From NCBI GenBank assembly GCA_028823485.1, contig JAPKBG010000003.1:52898-116897 (forward strand): DNA of 64,000 nt, in the 5' to 3' direction. The number at the start of each line of letters is the position of its first letter. Positions within the stretch are counted from its first letter, which is position 1. The DNA comes from Methylophilaceae bacterium. GTDB lineage: Bacteria > Pseudomonadota > Gammaproteobacteria > Burkholderiales > Methylophilaceae. Made by a program: the position numbers and the translations under genes. Of this stretch, positions 59,576 through 64,000 are shown in pieces. The notes under the pieces are model-generated. The model saw only the letters and a list, made by a program, of their open reading frames with translations, ran no database searches and was not told the origin of the DNA.

Positions 59576-62212
59576 ATGAAAAAAATATTGAAACATACTG
59601 CTTTGGGTTTTGTTGCAATTGTTATTTTAACGCTTACTTTTATCGCTTATTTTGCCGCAACTTTTAACCCGAATGACCATAAACAGGAAATCATTGATCT
59701 TGTTAAAGAAGATAACAATCGAGACTTAACCATTGATGGTGACATTGGCCTCTCTTTCTGGCCAAAACTAGGTGCAGATTTAGGTAAGGTTTCTCTCTCT
59801 GAATATAAGTCTGACAAAGAGTTTGCCTCTATCACTAGCGCCAAAGTCGCGCTCGCTGTGCTGCCACTACTCAAAAACTCACTCGTCGTTGATACCATTT
59901 ATATTGATGGCGCAAAAGCCAATATCGTTAAATATAAAGACGGCACGACCAACTACGACGACTTGTTGAGTACCGATGAATCAAAATCAGAAGACATTCA
60001 ATTTAATGTACAAGGTATTAACATCACGAACTCGGAAGTGAGTTATGCCGATAAAACACAAGGCACACAATACAACGTAAGCAACTTCAACTTAAAGTCT
60101 AGCCATATTGCTTTAGGTGAGCCTATTGATTTAGACACCAACTTCACCATTAAAACCAACCAACCTGCCGTTGATGCAACATCGGCAATCAAAGGCACTT
60201 TCTTGTATGACCCTGGCAGCAAGCGCTTTAGCGTAAAAGGACTAGACAGTTCCATCCAAGGCGCACTACTGGATGGGTCAGATGTTGATATCAAAGCAAC
60301 TGGTGATGTTGATGTACAAACAGAAAATAGCGCATTTTTAATCGACAACTTACAACTCCTTGTTTCTGGCAACTTTAACGGTGTTGCAAAAAGCATCAAC
60401 TTGAATGCTCCATCAATTAACATTGAGCAAGATAACGTGAAAAGTGACAAAGTCACTGTGAAACTGGCGCAAAAAGGTAAAGGAAATGATTTAGCCGTCA
60501 ATATGGTGTTGGCGAATATGCACGGCTCACCAAAAGCTATTCAAAGCACGGGCATCACTGGTGACTTATCGATGACACAAGGCAAGCGCGTTGTAACAGG
60601 GACCTTTTCATCACCGTTCAAAGGCAATATGGAAGCGCTCATCTTTGACATACCAAAACTGGTAGGAAAACTAAATATTAAAGACCCGAGCTTGCCCAAT
60701 GGTGCAGCGAAAGGGTCCTTTAACTTAAATACACATACCGATATTAAAAAAGAGTTAGCTAACAGCACGTTCGATATTGTATTAGAAGACACCAAACTCA
60801 AAGGTGATGTTACCGTCACTAGCTTTAAAAAACCAAATATTAAATTCAACTTAACTGCTGACAAGCTAGACCTGAATAAACTATTAGGTGTGCCAACCGC
60901 ATCTACTGCAGACTCAAGAAAACCTGCCGACATGTCTGCACTAAACGCTTTACTCCTCGATGGTAAAGTGAAAATCAACAGCGTCGTGTATGACACCTAC
61001 AACGTATCGGGCTTAAACCTTAGCATCAAAGCCGATGGTAAAAAAATCGCTGTTAGTAGTTTAAACGTGAAGGTCAATGGCAGCCAAATTAAAGGGGCAT
61101 TAAGTGTTAGACAATTTGCTAAGCCGTTATACAACTTCAACCTAGATATCGACCAAGTGAACTTGAATGATTATATCAGTGAAGCGCCTGCCGATGCAAA
61201 AACCACGGGTGATGAAATCCTCGACTTAAGCGCGTTAAAAGCCTTAAATGCCAATGGTTCATTACGTATTGGTAAACTGAGTTATGGCAAAACCAAACTG
61301 GCTGATATTCGAATTAATTTAAAAGCCGATGGTGGTGTTGCAAAATTAGCCCCATTCTCAGCTAGCCTATACGGTGGCAGCATGAAGGGTTCATTGGATG
61401 TTGATGCGCGCGCAACGCCCAATATCATCTTTAAACAAACCATAAGCAACGTCTCCGTTGGCCCTTTATTAGAAGACACCATTAACAATGACATGCTGTC
61501 TGGCAACGGTACCGTTAAAGTGGATATCACCACCCAAGGCAATACGGTAAATAGTTTTAAAAAAAACTTAGCTGGCACCTCATCACTCGCACTCGCTAAC
61601 GGTGCACTTAAGGGTGTAGACATTGCTGGCAGCATTCGTGAAATTAAAAACAAAGTGAACTTTGCAAAGTCAAAAGAAGCGGCGTCAGATAGCGCAAAAA
61701 AGACTGACTTTAGTGAGCTCACTGCCAGCTTTACCATTAATGATGGCATCGCAGAAAACAATGATCTAGCCATGAAAGCACCTATTTTGCGTTTAGCCAA
61801 AGGTGACAGTAAAGGTACGGTTGATATTGCAAACGAAAAAATTAAATACGTCGCCAAGCCAACAATTGTTAAGTCGCTAAAAGGCCAGGGTGGTGATGAT
61901 TTGAATCAGTTGAGCGGCGTTGGCATTCCAGTCAAAATTGCCGGCTCATTTGATAACCCTAAGTTCAGCTTAGATTTTTCGGGTATTGCCACAGGTATTG
62001 CTAAAGTCAAACTATTAGAAAAAGTTGGTGGTTCCAAAGGTGATGCTTTACAAGAGCTTATTAGTGGTGGCAATAAATTTGATGCCCTCAAAGGCTTATT
62101 AGGTAAAAATAAAAAAGAGCCTGTCGCAGCATCAGCAGGCGCTCCAGCTGAAAAACCAGAAAGCGTAGAAGATAAAGCAAAAGAGAAGTTAAAAGACTTG
62201 CTTAAGTTTTAA
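59576..62212 (+). CDS. AsmA-family protein
   Basis: N-terminal anchor, FNPND.K..I, L.IDGDI.LSFWP.LG, TDFSELTASF.I.DG...N.DL; upstream of mutY. Confidence 0.9.
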   Translation: MKKILKHTALGFVAIVILTLTFIAYFAATFNPNDHKQEIIDLVKEDNNRDLTIDGDIGLSFWPKLGADLGKVSLSEYKSDKEFASITSAKVALAVLPLLKNSLVVDTIYIDGAKANIVKYKDGTTNYDDLLSTDESKSEDIQFNVQGINITNSEVSYADKTQGTQYNVSNFNLKSSHIALGEPIDLDTNFTIKTNQPAVDATSAIKGTFLYDPGSKRFSVKGLDSSIQGALLDGSDVDIKATGDVDVQTENSAFLIDNLQLLVSGNFNGVAKSINLNAPSINIEQDNVKSDKVTVKLAQKGKGNDLAVNMVLANMHGSPKAIQSTGITGDLSMTQGKRVVTGTFSSPFKGNMEALIFDIPKLVGKLNIKDPSLPNGAAKGSFNLNTHTDIKKELANSTFDIVLEDTKLKGDVTVTSFKKPNIKFNLTADKLDLNKLLGVPTASTADSRKPADMSALNALLLDGKVKINSVVYDTYNVSGLNLSIKADGKKIAVSSLNVKVNGSQIKGALSVRQFAKPLYNFNLDIDQVNLNDYISEAPADAKTTGDEILDLSALKALNANGSLRIGKLSYGKTKLADIRINLKADGGVAKLAPFSASLYGGSMKGSLDVDARATPNIIFKQTISNVSVGPLLEDTINNDMLSGNGTVKVDITTQGNTVNSFKKNLAGTSSLALANGALKGVDIAGSIREIKNKVNFAKSKEAASDSAKKTDFSELTASFTINDGIAENNDLAMKAPILRLAKGDSKGTVDIANEKIKYVAKPTIVKSLKGQGGDDLNQLSGVGIPVKIAGSFDNPKFSLDFSGIATGIAKVKLLEKVGGSKGDALQELISGGNKFDALKGLLGKNKKEPVAASAGAPAEKPESVEDKAKEKLKDLLKF

Positions 62213-62218
62213 CTACAT

Positions 62219-63265
62219 ATGCGTGCTTTTTCAACCGTCATCATTGCATGGCAAAAAGACCATGGCAGACATGACTTGCCATGGCAAAACACCACAAATC
62301 CTTACGCGATTTGGGTTTCTGAAATCATGTTGCAACAAACCCAAGTCACCGCTGTTATTGTTTACTACGCCAACTTCCTGGCACGCTTTCAATCCATTGC
62401 TGATCTTGCCAATGCAACACAAGAAGAAGTGCTGCAATCATGGAGTGGCCTAGGCTACTATTCACGCGCGCGTAATTTGCACAATGCTGCACAAACCATC
62501 GTTGATGATTTCAATGGTGTGTTTCCGACAGACTTTGACGACATTATCAGCTTACCGGGTATCGGTCGCTCAACTGCCGCCGCCATCTCAACCTTTGCTT
62601 TAGACCGCCCACAACCGATTTTAGATGGCAATGTGAAACGTGTATTTGCAAGACACTTTTTAGTTGAAGGCTGGACAAGTAAGCCTGCCGTTCAACAACA
62701 GCTATGGACAATTGCCGAACAAGAAAACCCACCTCAAGACGCCATTGCCTACACACAAGGTTTAATGGATTTAGGCTCATCGGTTTGCACCCACAGCAAA
62801 CCAAAGTGCGAACTCTGCCCAGTGAATAAAAGCTGCAAAGCACTCGCTAACGACCAAACAAAAAACTTACCCACACCCAAGCCGAAAAAAACCATCCCGC
62901 ATAAAGAAACCATCATGCTAGTCATTCGCATGGGCAATGAAGTGCTACTAGAAAAACGTCCTCAAAAAGGCATCTGGGCAGGACTGTGGAGCTTGCCTGA
63001 AATTAGCATGGCTGAGATTGCCAGTGAAGTTGCTTATGAACGGCTTGGTTTAACGGTCGAGCCAGATGAGCCATTAGCTGTTGTTAATCATGTGTTTACT
63101 CACTATAAACTCGACATTACTCCGCAACCGTTAAAAGTTACCAGCACACCGAGGCAGAAAGAAAGGGCTGGGTATATTTGGATGGTAGTAGTAGATGCAA
63201 TTGATGCAGCACTACCTACGCCTGTGCGGAACATTTTACTAAGTATTAGTAACCCCAATTCATAA
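62219..63265 (+). CDS. mutY: A/G-specific adenine glycosylase
   Basis: GRHDLPWQ, WVSEIMLQQTQV, WSGLGYYSRARN, LPGIGRSTA, DGNVKRV, C-x6-C-x2-C-x5-C. Confidence 0.96.
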   Translation: MRAFSTVIIAWQKDHGRHDLPWQNTTNPYAIWVSEIMLQQTQVTAVIVYYANFLARFQSIADLANATQEEVLQSWSGLGYYSRARNLHNAAQTIVDDFNGVFPTDFDDIISLPGIGRSTAAAISTFALDRPQPILDGNVKRVFARHFLVEGWTSKPAVQQQLWTIAEQENPPQDAIAYTQGLMDLGSSVCTHSKPKCELCPVNKSCKALANDQTKNLPTPKPKKTIPHKETIMLVIRMGNEVLLEKRPQKGIWAGLWSLPEISMAEIASEVAYERLGLTVEPDEPLAVVNHVFTHYKLDITPQPLKVTSTPRQKERAGYIWMVVVDAIDAALPTPVRNILLSISNPNS

Positions 63266-63345
63266 CCGCCAACAACTAAACTATCCGAAAAAATACATTT
63301 ATATTGTTGTAGTAGTAAACAAAAAGAACTAATAAGGAAAACATC

Positions 63346-64000
63346 ATGGCGAATGTACCTGCAATAGTATCTAAACGTTTAATTTCAACCGTTCCCAAAC
63401 TTAAAAACATGCCCCTTAAGGCGAAGAGTAAGGTGTCAACGAATCTGGTACAGTCACGATTATTATTGACATGCTTAAGGACATATTTGGCTTTGAAAAA
63501 TACTCAGACATCACAAGGTAATATGCAATCCAAGGCACCTATTGCGGCTTAGCAGTCAAGTGTGGAAAGGGTGTTGAGTACTTAATTGAAGTAAATTGAT
63601 TGGCCTCAACCTAAAAAACAACCCTCTGAAACAAGCCGTCAATTATGCTTCAAGAGAAGGTGTCAAATGGGAGTACTCACTAATGGGTTAGTTTGGGAAA
63701 TTCACCGTGTCACACTAAATCGAAAAGTTGAGAACGAAAACATTTGTACACTTGACTTCGAAAGTATAAATCCAAAAATATGTCGATCAAGAGCAGTTAT
63801 TTTTACTCTGTAAAAGGGGCATACAAAAGGATGTGATTAACGATTTTTTTGAATACAAGCAAAGTGTGAGTCGTTATACAATCTGTGCCTTTTACTATCT
63901 GGCCCAGTTATATCCGCCATAAGAAGAGAGCATATGAAGCTAAAAGGTGGCATCAAAATTGACCCTCAAGAAATTACTGATGCATTAGAGCGTGGTTTAA
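63346..64000 (+). pseudogene. HsdR N-terminal-like (PD-(D/E)xK) nuclease gene, broken; runs off window
   Basis: Across frames: VNESGTVTIIIDMLKDIFGFEKYSDIT.*YAIQGTYC.LAVK, YLIEV, KQAVNYA..EGVKW.VLTNG.VW. Confidence 0.72.

Noticed and set aside
51582..62091. Long antisense ORFs over the RND and asmA genes (up to 194 aa)
   Set aside because: Shadow frames of well-supported genes with no recognisable motifs
1..64000. CRISPR array, integron cassettes, prophage, retron or intact integrase
   Set aside because: No regularly spaced repeats, convincing attC arrays, or cas, phage, RT or integrase motifs found by eye

Overview
AT-rich (roughly 40-43% GC by eye) betaproteobacterial chromosome segment; gene content and order suggest Methylophilaceae (inference only). 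Left core (1-18.6 kb): glutaredoxin end, rpiA, ilvA, beta-propeller lipoprotein, 6S RNA-zapA, and a cobalamin-riboswitch-led B12 uptake/late-synthesis cluster (btuB, btuM, cobO, cobB, bluB, btuF-like, cobU, cobQ, cbiB, cobD, cobC, cobS, cobT) with interdigitated strands. From tRNA-Phe (19.3 kb) to about 43 kb lies an integrase-less, decaying tandem island region: a pnt transhydrogenase islet bounded by a tRNA-Phe 3' copy; a light/UV-response islet with two photolyase-family genes, one with inverted domain order; two IS3 remnants; a three-gene FMN glutamate-synthase-like / ThDP enzyme / aldehyde dehydrogenase cluster; sbmA; a RIO1-like kinase; a bestrophin. Right core (43-63.3 kb): split class II RNR with NrdR boxes, waaA, TetR-RND-pcm-tolC operon, pseudouridine synthase, uppP, asmA, mutY, then a broken HsdR-N-like gene. 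Best leads: (1) a candidate glutamate/2-oxoglutarate -> succinic semialdehyde -> succinate shunt at 31.2-35.8 kb; (2) interlocked antisense cob operons; (3) an inverted-topology photolyase with a possible Fe-S site; (4) two dispersed palindromic elements that share a conserved core. All family calls come from motif recognition by eye; no database searches were run.
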